Shown: piece after piece, positions 51,613 to 64,000 of the stretch
How the letters are laid out: each line of letters opens with the position of its first letter
How positions within the stretch are numbered: position 1 is the first letter of the stretch
Source of the DNA: Podarcis gaigeae
Taxonomy: Eukaryota
Direction: 5' to 3' (one strand)
Assembly: GCA_964106915.2 (NCBI GenBank)
Contig: OZ066914.1
DNA: 64,000 bases
Made by a program: the position numbers and the translations under genes
The notes under the pieces: generated by a model
What the model was told of the DNA's origin: nothing
The model's database searches: none
Seen by the model: the letters and a program-made list of their open reading frames with translations, nothing else

Positions 51613-52669
51613 CTGTGTGATATTTAACTGCTGTATTTGCTGAAGAGGAGCAGGCATAATTTCATAAGGCAAGAAGCCGGCAGAGCACTTTACACGGTGA
51701 AGGACTGAAGCGGGACCAAATAGCTCTCATTTTCGAAAGTAAGCCCACTGCGCAGCATCCTCCCAAACGTAAACTGTTTTAAGCTTACAGAAGAATACAA
51801 AGAACTCCATAAACTAAGGCAGGCCACAAAACTAACTTTTTCATTGGAGACAGGATGGGGGATGGGAGGGAAAGAAGCAAAGAATATGTCTCAGACATGC
51901 CACTTCTTGAGAATACTATTTCTTCATAAAAGGCAACACTTAACATCTTAGCTATTTCAGGGACATATTTACATGACTGTCACATCACAAGAGCCTCTTT
52001 CCTGCACATTCTTCTTGACTTTACTGTAAGGGCCAGCACAAAAATAGCCGAGGAAAGCAAATGTCAACCCCAGTCCTGAAATTTATATGTGTGAGAGAAT
52101 TAGAATAAGTAGAAATGTAATATATTGTTTACTGTACTGAGTGCCCTCTGTTCTCTAAAGGTCAAAAGCATTGTAACCTTAGAGTTACAGTTTCTGATTG
52201 TTCCCAGGGTTAAATACATTATCAGAATTAATGGTTCAAACCCCCTCAACCTTCAGATATATGAGTATTCATGCCTCCATCTGCCAAACTGTTCAACTAA
52301 AAATAGCATTCTTTGGCCTTCATTCTGCTAATACTGCACCCCTGAGGCAGGCTCTGCAATGCTTCAGCAGTACTTTGGATCTTCACCCAGTGGTATAACA
52401 AAAGGTCATTACTTTGTGTAAGAAAAGGGGGGCTGGGGGAGGAGAAGAGCAACAGACTAAAGAAGCATACTGCATGGGTTTTTGTTGTTGTTGTTTAATT
52501 TAGTTGATGATAAAAACTTCAGTCTCCCAGCACACAGCTGCAACCATAGCTAAGACTTGCCAAGCCTCATTAATGTTATACGCGATAAACTTTGAAGGAC
52601 AAACTATACAAGAAACATCAGGGGAAAGGTAGGAACCATAGGTTTGCTTGCTTGCTCTCACTTCTGTTA

Positions 52670-52700
<31 letters not shown>

Positions 52701-52718
52701 TCTCTCCCTCTCTCTCTC
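52670..52718. repeat. (CT)n microsatellite
   Basis: Direct reading. Confidence 0.9.
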
Positions 52719-52879
52719 TTCAGAAGATCACATTGTCTAGGAATAACTCCAGCTAACATAATTGCAATGCATTATCACTTTCAATAATTTACCAGTGGTT
52801 GTCATACAACTGTACCATTTCTTTATTAACAAATTTTGTGTGTGTGTGTATTCTGGAACATTACTACTACTACTACTAA

Positions 52880-53000
52880 TGTTATTATTTATACCCCACC
52901 CATCTGGCTGGGCTTCCCCAGCCACTCTGGGCAGCTTACAGAATATATTAAAAATTGTAAAACATCAGGCATAAAAATTTTCCAATACAGGGCTGCCTTA
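52880..53000 (-). mobile_element. LINE (L2-like) 3' end with simple-repeat tail; related ends at about 30011-30058 and 7160-7205
   Basis: ttatttatacccc.cccatctggctggg.ttccccagccactctgggc..ctt recurs next to (TAT/TAC)n tails. Confidence 0.6.
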
Positions 53001-53592
53001 CTGGTTTTGCTATGGGGAATAGAAGGAGAAATGATAGGAAGGCTTCACAAAAGATTTCATACAGTGAAGCCTTCTAGGACAGATGTGTGTCTACTGAGCC
53101 GCCATGGGATTTCCCAGGAACAGGGTTGCTATGAGTCCACTGAAAGGCTGGGAAACAATCCCTGAAGACTTTCATTCAGCTGCACACATGTACCCAGAGT
53201 AAAACTAATATAAATTCTACAAATTTAAAAAGTTTGTTTTTTATATAAAAAAAATACAGAGTGGTAAAAAAATAAGAGGGACTAGTATAGGAGGACAAAA
53301 AGAAGAGAGGAAATACTGAATAATAGCACAAGCTGTATCACTGCTCCTTCTCTATCACCCTCATAAAAAACTGCCAATATGTATTAAGGAGGGTTGATTT
53401 AAACCATTATTTGTAAGCATGGTATGGTCCTTTCATAACCTCTTATAAAAATGCACTGCTGCATCTGGGAAAGTATCTCATGTCAGAAAGGTAGCTAGAA
53501 TGGAATTGTGCAAAGTTGTACACACACCATGATTTTTCCACACATTTCATATAAACATGGCTTCTGCAAGGACAAGCCATGTCTAACAAATG

Positions 53593-54679
53593 GACTTGGA
53601 CTTTCAAAAATAAGACTCCTGAGTAAGCTTAACAGTCATGGAATATGAGAAGTGGCTCAGGAATTGGTTAAGCAGAGAGTAGGACTAAATGCAGAGGTCT
53701 CCAAATGGAAGGATGTAGAAAAGTGGAATTCCCCAAGGATTGGTATTGGGACCTGGGCATTGAAACGTGTTCATAAATGGGATGTACAGTGAGGTAGCCA
53801 AGACTGCTGATGATGCTAAATTGTTCAGCATTGTTAAAACAAAAAGAGATTGAAAACAGCTCCAAAAGGACCTCTCCAAACTGAGTAAAATGGCAAGGGC
53901 AATTCAATGTAGACAAGTGTAAAGTGATGCATGTTCATATATACACTCATGGGTCTGATCTGGCAGTGACTGACCAGGAAAGAGACCTTGGGATCCTAGT
54001 GAATAGCTCAATGAAAGTGTTGACCCAGTGTGTGGCAGCTGTGTAAAAGACAAATTCCATGCTAGGGATCACTAGTAAATGAATATCTTAATATACAAAT
54101 CTGTGGGGTGACCACATACTGTGTACAGTTCACATCACATCAAAATGAATATTGTAGAGTGTAAAAGGTTAAGAAAATGGCAACCAAATTGATGAAGGGG
54201 ATAGAACAACTCACCTGGGATGTAAGGTTGCAGCACTTGGAACTCTTAGTATAGGGGAAAGAAGAGTATGAGGTGGCGAGATAGAAATTTTTAAATTATG
54301 CAAGGCATGGAGAAAGTTTTTCTCCCCCGCTCATAACATTAGAATTCGTGGGGATCCAATGAAGCTGAATGTTGGAAGATTCAGGAGAGACAAGTACCTT
54401 TCGTATGCAACTCTCACACACAAAAGCCAGTGATGGGCTAAAAGAAGACTGGACAAATTCATGAAGGACAAGGATCTCAGTGGCTACTAGCCATGATGCC
54501 TGTTTGCTGTCTCCACAGTCGGAGGCAGTATGTTTTGAATACAGGACAAGGAAAGACTGTTTTTGTAGTCATGTCCTGCTTGCAGGTTTCCCCACAACCA
54601 AGCATCTGGTTGGCCACAGGGAGGACACTAGACTAGATGGCTATTGGCCTAACTTATCAGCTTCTTCTTATGTTCTTAA
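53593..54679 (+). mobile_element. 5'-truncated CR1 LINE (degenerate RT domain and 3' UTR)
   Basis: Degenerate motifs LDFQK, SGIPQG.VLGP, FIN, SEVAK.ADD.KLF, FNVDKCKVMH and ERDLG are readable with frameshifts. Ends in the ttcttatgttctta CR1 tail. Confidence 0.9.
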
Positions 54680-55371
54680 GCTCTTTGATTCTGAGAGTGA
54701 ATGTGAAAACAACTATCAATGGTTCAGGAACACTTATAAAATGGTGTTTTTAAAAAGCTGATATTTTGCCATCTCTAAAGATCCTAAGGTTTGAGAGACA
54801 GATTACGTAAGAGTCTCAATCAGGAATTTCACTATTGGGTTTGGCAGAACTTCTAGAAAATGATCCAGATAATAGTGTTCTGAAGTACTTGTTGAAGTGC
54901 AAGCCTTTAGTTATTATCTGATCTCTTTAGCTTCTAAAAAAGCAATTAGCTTATCTCTGAAATATGTAGGACACAGCCTCATGAGTAAGCCAACACATCA
55001 TGTAAGTGATTTGTTTATTGGTAGTGTCATCTGTCTGTCAATGGAAATGTAAAATTTAAACAGAAACTTCACAAGCACTGTGATAAAAAAATCTTTCAAC
55101 AAAAAAATTGAAATGTGGGGGCAAACGTAAGATATATACTCTCATCCACTTTACTACTATGAGAACATGAAAGTAATTGTGTATCATGGATTGGTTGGAC
55201 ACAGAGAAATGGTGGGAGAAACTAGCTGGGGAACCAGCTTTGAGATGAGTCAGGCTGGTAAAGAGGCACAGGTGTCTCTACCTCTAGCTGCAACAAGCTC
55301 CCCTATCTCAAACACCACTATCTCAACTTAAGCTAACAAGTTATCCAATTTCTTCAGTGGCATCTCCTCAA

Positions 55372-55497
55372 CATAGGTGGGCAGTCTCTATTGGGAGAGC
55401 CACAGTTCCCATCATCGCTGACAACTGTCCATGTGGATTGAAGCTTTTGGAAGTTGTAGACCAACAACAGCTGGAGGGCAGCACATAGTTACCCTGA
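55372..55497. mobile_element. Degenerate hairpin hAT MITE copy
   Basis: cacagttcccatcatcgctgac ... gaagttgtagaccaacaacagctggagggc matches the family core. Confidence 0.6.
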
Positions 55498-56674
55498 CAT
55501 AGGCAGCCTGCTTCTTCTTTTCAGCTCTTATTTACCATATATTGTGGCCAAGTGGGGTGAGGGGGGCAAGTTCTAGGCACTGTTGTTGAAGAGTTTCCTG
55601 CTATGTGGCCTATTTGGCTGGCCATCCACATATGTAGCCTTATGTGACATCACCTGAAGAAGAACAGCTGACTATTAACAGGATTTTAAAATCCCCTTGC
55701 ACCCCCCAGAATGACTCTTTCGTTGTGGCATAAATTACCCTGTTGCCTGCAAAAACTAATATCTGAATAAGCCTATGTGCCTCTGAGGTACCACAGCAAT
55801 CTTTTTCTGCTAGAGACTTAACACTACTACTCTTTTGGCTGGTAATAGGTATAAGATATATTTGTCACATCATTTAAATGTCCATAAGGTAAACCTTTAG
55901 CGCGATGACTAAACACCCCCCCCCCCTTGTAAGCTTTTGACTGTTGCTTCATTATTTGACACTATTGTGCCTTTTCTTGGGGAATATTAAAAAGCTATAT
56001 AATAAATTGGAGTGTAAATCATTTTCACACAACATTTAGTTCCCCCTATGACAAAAATAAATAAATGACCTAGCAAGGGACCAAACTCAGACTCCTGATG
56101 GCTGCTGGCATCCAACCAACTTAACGCATGGAAAGGCTGAGATTCCATAAATACAGAAGCTGCAAGTGTTCAGTTTATGAAACAGTCATCACCAAGCCCC
56201 AAAGAAAAAATATAATGCATTTATTCAGACACCCACTATGAGCAAAAACAGCTAAACAGGGCACACTTAGAAGTAGCTTAAGAAACATAAATGCTATTAA
56301 TATATCTTCCAGTAAATAGTTACATACTTTTTCTTCCCCAGTCTCAAAGCAGAGAACATGTACAGTACAGAGTACAGAGCTTAGCACAAGTTAAGCACTT
56401 TTTAAAATGACTTTGGTTTTAATAGAAGAATCAAATAATACTTATTTGACCAAAATCAATTGGATTAAAAAGTGCTTAATTTAAGCAGGATCCTGCCCAA
56501 AATGTATTAACTTCATTGTTATAAAATACGAAGTTGGCTGTCTTTCCCAGCATCAAGGCTGACAGCATGCTGTTCTGTTTGCAGCATGTTAAGTACATAA
56601 GGTGTTAATCCTTCTGGGGCTGTGCTTAAAAAATTATTTAACATTCAAGCCATTACTTAGCATACAGCTGGTTA

Positions 56675-56959
<285 letters not shown>

Positions 56960-59900
56960 TTAACTTGGAACTTCTGCTCAGCAGATTGCTAGTAGGCAAA
57001 CTGGCAAAACATAAAATGCAATGCTTAGACCCAAGCATGCCGGCTCTTATTACAGATCACAAAGCATAGCTGCCTTGGAAAATAATTGTTCATTTAAGAT
57101 AGGTTTCAATTGATAAGCGACACAAAGTGCTATGTGCCCAGTCTTGTCAGATGCTGTGCATCTATTTCTCTAGATTTAAAATAAATAATTGCTGCACTTC
57201 TTTGGGGTAACAGGTAAATTAGTGGACATGGTCTGATTTCAATAAATTGCTCTGAAGTAACCTTGATGGACATCCCATGCACAGAGAAACAAGAACAAAA
57301 CAGCAGCAGATCCTGAGCTCTTTTCCTCCCATATCACTGGGGCAGTGAGAATGTGGTCAGACACACATATTCAGTGTGGATTACGGATTGGACTCTGCAA
57401 GGTGGCACTGAATTTGACCCAGAACTCAGCTCACAGCAAAGAAAGCACAATCTCTTTCAGGATTGTCTCTCCCAAGACCACTGCAATCCCATTCCTGGTG
57501 TCTCACACTCAGCAATGTGCCGAAGAACCCTAGATCATTTCTCAACAAAATGAAAGCAAGACCTAATTATCTGCTTACTGTTCTTAAAGTAACCATCTCC
57601 CATGAAATCAAGGAACATGCAGAACACTGTGAATTAATTTTGTGACTACTCATGCATTATGGAGGGAATGAATTTTTGAACGGGGGGGGGCTCAAATGAC
57701 TAAGAGCACAGCATTCCCTCAGCAAGCCCCCTACCCCTGGTTCTCTATCTCCTCTCCTACTCCACAAGCAGGAGAACAGAAGGTAGGTAGAGGAAGAGCA
57801 TGCTCTCACTATACAAAAGTGTCTTTTCCCACCTGCGATTCAACTTCAAATCCCAGGATCCCCAGTGGATAAAAATGCTCTACATATTGGTTGGAACATG
57901 TATTGATTCAGCTGCCTCCATCTTCTCCTAGGTAAGGGTTTGGCTTTGGGGGTTTTTAAGAGCTGTGCATAAACGGCTTCTCAAAATTCACCAGTCTATT
58001 TGTAGGTGGGGGAATTGAGAAGACTGGTTCACTGAATTTCTCCCAGGGGCGGGGAGAAGTTCTCCAACTGTGTTTTAGGGGAGTTGCTCACAAAAAGCAG
58101 TGGTGGTAGCACAGCCTTTTCCCTTTGTTTATGTCGATGTAAATGCAGCAGCAACTTCATGGGCAGCCTGGCCATCATTCTGCACAATTCTATGGACCTA
58201 GTATCGTTCCAGGGCACAGTGGGGAAGACATGGACATGAAAAGAAGGTGCCGAACATTCAGGAAAAAAAATGTTTCTGAGAAATTTCATCTCAGCCTGGG
58301 TTCCCTACTTCATCTCTAAGATGGGTTAGTGCTCTGATCAAACACTGAATTAACCCCAAAGTCATTATCTACTCCACATATTGGCAACAGAATACATTCA
58401 CAAGTCCCTACTGAGCATTGAAAATAAGCTGTTTGGATAATCATACTTTAATTGCATAGATGGGTTTGTTCACATTGATATTTGTCAACACGCATTTCCA
58501 GCATTGCTCCCTATCCTCTGCACTCCCTTTGTTTCCACCTCCACTGTTGAAATTTAGATTATGAGGTCACTGGGCCAGGGAACTGTCATTTTTGTCACGA
58601 GACTCTGTAAAGTACCATGCATATTGATGATGGAATAGGGGTTGGAGTACATCTATCAGCATTTTACATCTTATATAAACAGTAAGCACAAGACACAAAC
58701 CTACAGAATCCCTAATGTTTATAAGAATACAATCATAGGTACTACTGCAATTCCAGGGTAAAATTATATATAAAAATTATAAAATTACTGCTAAAATAAG
58801 AAGCCCAGAAAAAAGAGGCTGCTTGCTGCCTATGTGAATATGGTTACCTATATATGGTACCTTTTCAGATTATCACCACAACTAGGCAGTGTCTGTAGCC
58901 ACCCCACCCCCATGCCATTTTAGCATGCTTTTGCAAAGTAGAAAGCAGAATGGGAGAGGGGGAGGAAGGGAGGTTAAAAAATGAACTTGCAATTAAAAAA
59001 AAAAGACAGTGATTGATAAATTACACAATAACCATGCTTTAATAGAGTATCACTTCAGCTTCTTATTTAAAGTCAGTGTTATGTACTATCTCTAGGCTAT
59101 GTTTTAATAAGCTGCTCCTCTGTACATTTTTTACATTTATAATAACCAAGCTGCTTTGCATCAACTCTATATTACATTTAGAATGTAATAAGGTAGGTGC
59201 GGTGTAGAAGGGATACAAAACAATGCAGTCAGGGAATGGCAAGTTTTCCCCTACACACATAACACCTCAATTCCCAAGCCTCTGAAATCCTCATAAAGCA
59301 CCCTCCCTCTGCTTACCACCCAAAGCGCCACAGGACTCAGATAAGCTCAGTGTAAATGTTAAGTTGCTTTCACTTTTTAAACAAATTGTGAAGTTCTAAT
59401 CCACAATGTCTCTCTGCATCATATCCATAATACCTCATCAGACCATTGAGCACAGTATGTGCTTGTACACAGTCCACTAACAATTGGCTTCTGATTGCAT
59501 ATGGAGCACTGCTACAATGCCTTTGCTAACCTACATTGTGCTGGTGTCCTATGGAGTAACATTCATAAAATCTGATCTTATTTTCCCCCTTTCTATGAGG
59601 TTGATTTTAGTTTGCAGAGGGCTGATGTTGTTTTTTAAATAACTAAATTGCTTTCTTAAAGTATAAAACTCTTGTCTCTCTATGGTTAGATAATTCTGCT
59701 TATCTTCTTTGAAGGCTAAACAAAATTATCTGAATACAGAGTATCCTCATCAAAAAGTTAAATAATGTTTCTTTGGTAAACAGACTTTAAAAAAAAAGAA
59801 GTCATCACAAAGATATTGAATAAATGATGCTTTAAATAGGAGAGAAATAAGCATTCAAGCACAAGCATGGACTGCATTGCTGAACATTTCCAAGGCATTC

Positions 59901-60103
59901 TTTCTTTAAATATTATGAATTATTTATCCCCGTTCCATGCAGCAACCCTGCCACTATTTCCCCCTTTTGTAAATTCAAGAGTAGTTGCTTTATTTGTACT
60001 AAAACATTTTCCATGTCAAACATTTTTTTGGAAAAAATAATATCAAACCCTAAAAGAATTCCCTGTAGCACTCCTTTTTCACAGCTGTCATGCTTCCATG
60101 GAT

Positions 60104-60106
<3 letters not shown>

Positions 60107-60145
<39 letters not shown>
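60107..60145. repeat. (CA)n microsatellite
   Basis: Direct reading. Confidence 0.95.
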
Positions 60146-60147
<2 letters not shown>

Positions 60148-61577
60148 TAAAGTTAATTTATTAGTGTCTATACCACACCCTATAGTGTTCTCTGGATCAC
60201 CTGGTGGCTATGGCTTTCCCTTTTACTTATGACATTCCCCCCCCCCCATTTCTATGTTTCTCTCTCCCCGACCCCCCAAATCATGAAGTGTCCCTTCTAG
60301 GATTAAATGGAAGCATTTTAAAGTGAACTGTATATGGTTAACGTAATCCTACTGCATTATATAATAGCATTATCCAAAGAACAAAGCATGACACTTCATA
60401 CGAATGGAATGTTTTGCTGTCAGGAGTAGAACTAAAGCAGGGACAGGTTCCTTGTGGGGAGAGGCAGGGGCCAGGAGCCGGGGACAAAGGAGAGAGATGG
60501 TGGAAGTTTTACATTTTTAATTGCAGAAGATGCATATTTCCACTTTTAATTTTCCAAGCACGCACACCACACACACACACACACACAGACACATGCAAAA
60601 TAGATCAAGGATCTTATTGGTAGCTGTCTTGGCAATCTATCACTCAACATGTTGTAGCAATTTTTTTCAAATTTGTTTCTGGATTTGGAATGCTTGCGTG
60701 AGGACCTATTCTTCTTTAATTTTATGAAGGTAGACAAAACAAGTCAGAACAGGTCCTTTGAAGGCATAGGTGTGTACTAGTCTTGATTACTGGGAGAATG
60801 GCTCAAGGAACGGGGTGGGGGGAACAAATCCCCAGTCATCCTTGTTTTGAAAACTATCCTTCTCAGCTCCCCGGCTTTGCCTATTTATATTGGTGCTTCT
60901 ATTGTTTATATACACATAGGTGCTTATTAAGTCCCAGAATGATTTACCAACTTCTGTTTCAGATTTCAAACTGGCCAGTGCTCTTTAAACAATTGTGGGC
61001 AGCTGCAGCACATACCAGAAACACATTGTTCTAAATCCAGAGCAAAGCAATGTTTCCTGGCTTTGAGCATTAAGGGCTGCTCCGTACATTTTCATTTTCC
61101 TACATGGAAGGCACCTTTCATTCTCTGAAACAGTTGGAAATTCGTGTATAGACCATGACTTCCGATGATTCTACACAAATGTTTGTTGCTCTGTGTGCGC
61201 AGGTCAAGAAGTCCAATTGACCACAGCTGTTCGCTACATGCTCAACCACTTTGAAAACTGATCAGTTTCCCTTCCAGTGTATCTGACAAAACAATGTTAA
61301 TGCTAATTAATGTAAATTGCTAAAGAATTGCACAACCCTTCCTAGAATAAAAAGCAAGGGATTTGATCTATAGCTCTCAGTGCTTTATAGCTTGCTTCTG
61401 ACATAATAAAAATAACAGTATAATAGAGTTGTTAGCTCAGATCTAGTCTTGCAAAAAGAACAGCCAAGATGGTAAACCTGAGTTATGCAGATGTTCTGAT
61501 TTAACCATTTTTGTAGTTAATTCTTATGCACATCCTTTAATCAGGAAGTGAAGGACACCTTTTCTAAACTAAGCAAA

Positions 61578-61940
61578 GGTAAAGGTAAAGGTACCCCTGC
61601 CCGTACGGGCCAGTCTTGACAGACTCTGGGGTTGTGCGCCCATCTCACTTAAGAGGCCAGGGGCCAGCGCTGTCCGGAAACACTTCCGGGTCACGTGGCC
61701 AGCGTGACAAAGCTGCATCTGGCGAGCCAGAGCCGCACACGGAAACGCTGTTTACCTTCCCGCTGGTAAGCGGTCCCTATTTATCTGCTTGCACCCGGAG
61801 GTGCTTTCGAACTGCTAGGTTGGCAGGCGCTGGGACCAAGCAGCGGGAGCGCACCCCGCCGCAGGGATTCGAACCGCCGACCTTTCGATCGGCAAGTCCT
61901 AGGCGCTGAGGCTTTAACCCACAGCGCCACCTGCGTCCCC
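61578..61940 (-). mobile_element. Full-length Sauria SINE
   Basis: Reverse complement of the 9309 element, with an (aaaggt)n tail. TSD aaactaagcaaa at 61566-61577 and 61943-61954. Confidence 0.93.
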
Positions 61941-62044
61941 AAAAACTAAGCAAAACAAGGCCTCAAAATAAAAAGTATGGCAGCACAAAATACCTTGGTT
62001 TTTGTTTTGCTTTTGACATATAATCTGAACAACTGAAACTATTA

Positions 62045-62172
62045 AGAATGTTAAGACTGTGTATGTCAAGAACCCTGCGGGATCGTACCAAAGTTCTGTC
62101 TAGTTCTGTATCCTGTTTCCACAGCAGTTAGCCAGATGCAAATGGGAAGCCCATAAGGAGAATATGAGCACA
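62045..62172 (-). mobile_element. CR1 3' end fragment
   Basis: aagaac.ctgc.ggatc..accaaag.t..tctagt..gtatcctgtttccacag.g..agccagatgc is similar to the CR1 tail in reverse. Confidence 0.55.
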
Positions 62173-62334
62173 ACAACATGCTACTTTCCCTTAGTCACAG
62201 CATGGCACAAAAGAAAGAGGCTATGGGAGTAGGGAAGACCCTAAATCATGATATTAGCCACTTCTGGAACTTGAACATTGCAAATATAAATTCACAAAAA
62301 CAACATAGCTATAGGACATCACCTGCATTACCTA

Positions 62335-62510
62335 AGAAATCCTCACAACAACTATGTAAAGTAGATCAATGTTATTATCTGCATATAGCAGAGAAAACAG
62401 TTCACAGTGAGAAATAGTGGTTTGTCTAAGGAAACTACTGAGCTCATAAATTAGATGAGATTTGAATCAGGGACTTGCTGGCTCACTGCTCACCTTCTTA
62501 GCCATAACAC
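62335..62510 (-). mobile_element. MIR/CORE-like SINE, degenerate
   Basis: aatcctcacaacaactatgtaaagtag...tattat...gatttgaatcaggg is a typical MIR-family reverse-strand signature. Confidence 0.55.
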
Positions 62511-64000
62511 TTAGACCAGCTTTCATATTTCCTACCCAGTAACATTTCCCCCATGCTTGACTAAATTAACAGTCAACTAGCATGTCTTCATATCTGCCAA
62601 AGATCTCAAACCATTCATAGTACTTTTTTCATGATATGAAGGAGTCAAAGTAATCAAGAGTAATTGCTCGATCCATGCAAATAATTGTTGGCTTTGTAAT
62701 AGCTCTACTTTATGTATCTAATTTAAATATGGTCCAACTTCTATAGTAGGGTGTCCTAAGAGAATTGTCAAGTGTATGTGGGTCAGCAGACAACAGTAAT
62801 TTGAGTTACACAGCATCTTAAAGTTTTAATTAATCTGGTATATGCTATATATACCAAAAGGAGTACCTATAAAAATTAATTAGGTGATCTATGCAGCCCA
62901 GATTTCTCAATTAGTACTTGCTTGCTGGAAAATTATATTATACAATCTTGAGAAGTATGCTAGCTAATTTTAAGAAATCTGTTATCACATTCATGATTGA
63001 TATTTGCTAGCTTGGGACCCTATAATCTCTAATAGCTGTGACACAAGGGAGGAGGTAGAAGACATTGTTGGCATGCAGAAGGTCCCAGCTTCAGTCCCTG
63101 ATCTCTCCCATTTTTGTTTTTTTAAGGCTCAGATGCATGTGACATGAAAGATTCCTTCCTGAGGGAGTATATAGCGTTGCATCAGCGCAAGAATTTCGGC
63201 TTGCCGGACAGAATGATCTCCCCTCTCCTGCCCCTTGCTGTCCCTGGTGTTCTCCTGATCCCTCCTGAATCAATTTCTGGGACGTGGGGGAGGGGAGGAA
63301 GGCAAGTCCTGTTGTGCAAGTGTAGTCTTTGCTCAGGGCAGTAATGGGACCTGTTAGCTGAATGCCTCCTTGAGCCCCTAGAGATAAGGAGTGTGACCCA
63401 GCAAAAGGCCACTTTTTGTGTCCCATGTAGGTGACTCAACTTGCACTGTCCAAAAAAGTCAAGGCTAGAAGGAAATATGAGAGGCATGCACAAACCTGCG
63501 ACTCCCCGTAATGCCCTTGCATGATGCCTAATGTGCAAACTTGGAGGGGAAAGAACTACATCTACAACATCCCTTAAAATGACACCTACAAGCAGGGACT
63601 GTGCCAGTTTTCTTATCTTCTTATATAGCTAGGTTGTTCACATTGCCAATAGTTAGACTGGTTTCAACATGTTTAGTACATAAAAGGACAATGTTTCTCA
63701 CTCACATGAGGACATCATCATTTCACAGATTAATTGGGGAAATTTAAGGCAAAGTATGTATCCCAGATCACAAATCAGTCAATGACTGAGTGGAGGGCTA
63801 GATTCTAGCCATTCCAGTCCAATTCTGACACTTAGCATCTAAAAATCCGTTTTCCGTAAATGTATTTTTAAGAAACTACCAAGACAGAGCAGAGCGGAAC
63901 AAATGGAAATAATTTCTGCAGTGTTATTTGGCACAATATCTTACTAAACTTACTTGAAAAGAATTTATATTTAACTTGGATTACATTTAATATGCAGTTT

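Overview
Vertebrate genomic DNA, almost certainly from a squamate and probably a lacertid lizard, judging from the Sauria SINEs and squamate-type CR1, L2, Penelope, hAT and Tigger-like repeats. The whole window lies inside SOX6 on the minus strand. Five internal coding exons are recognisable (56732-56811, 32458-32607, 27284-27464, 23338-23522, 6191-6299). All have AG/GT splice sites and compatible phases, and together they encode the region from GDNYPVQF through the PLNLS CtBP motif and second coiled coil to just before the HMG-box exons, which are outside the window. The rest is intron: MITEs, SINEs, LINE fragments, microsatellites, three N gaps and some repeat-poor, enhancer-like blocks. The most interesting element is a 12-bp-TSD-flanked Penelope-like terminal remnant (46902-47149) carrying three minimal hammerhead-ribozyme motifs. 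Two are tandem on the SOX6 sense strand and one is inverted. Other points: the mammalian KGHVSH...KQIE cassette exon appears absent or decayed, two inverted Sauria SINEs bracket four exons (circRNA hypothesis), SUMO consensus sites are altered, and a CpG-rich hAT element carries NRF1/ETS/SP motifs. I see no convincing evidence of a wholly new protein-coding system. All homology calls are from memory, not from database searches.
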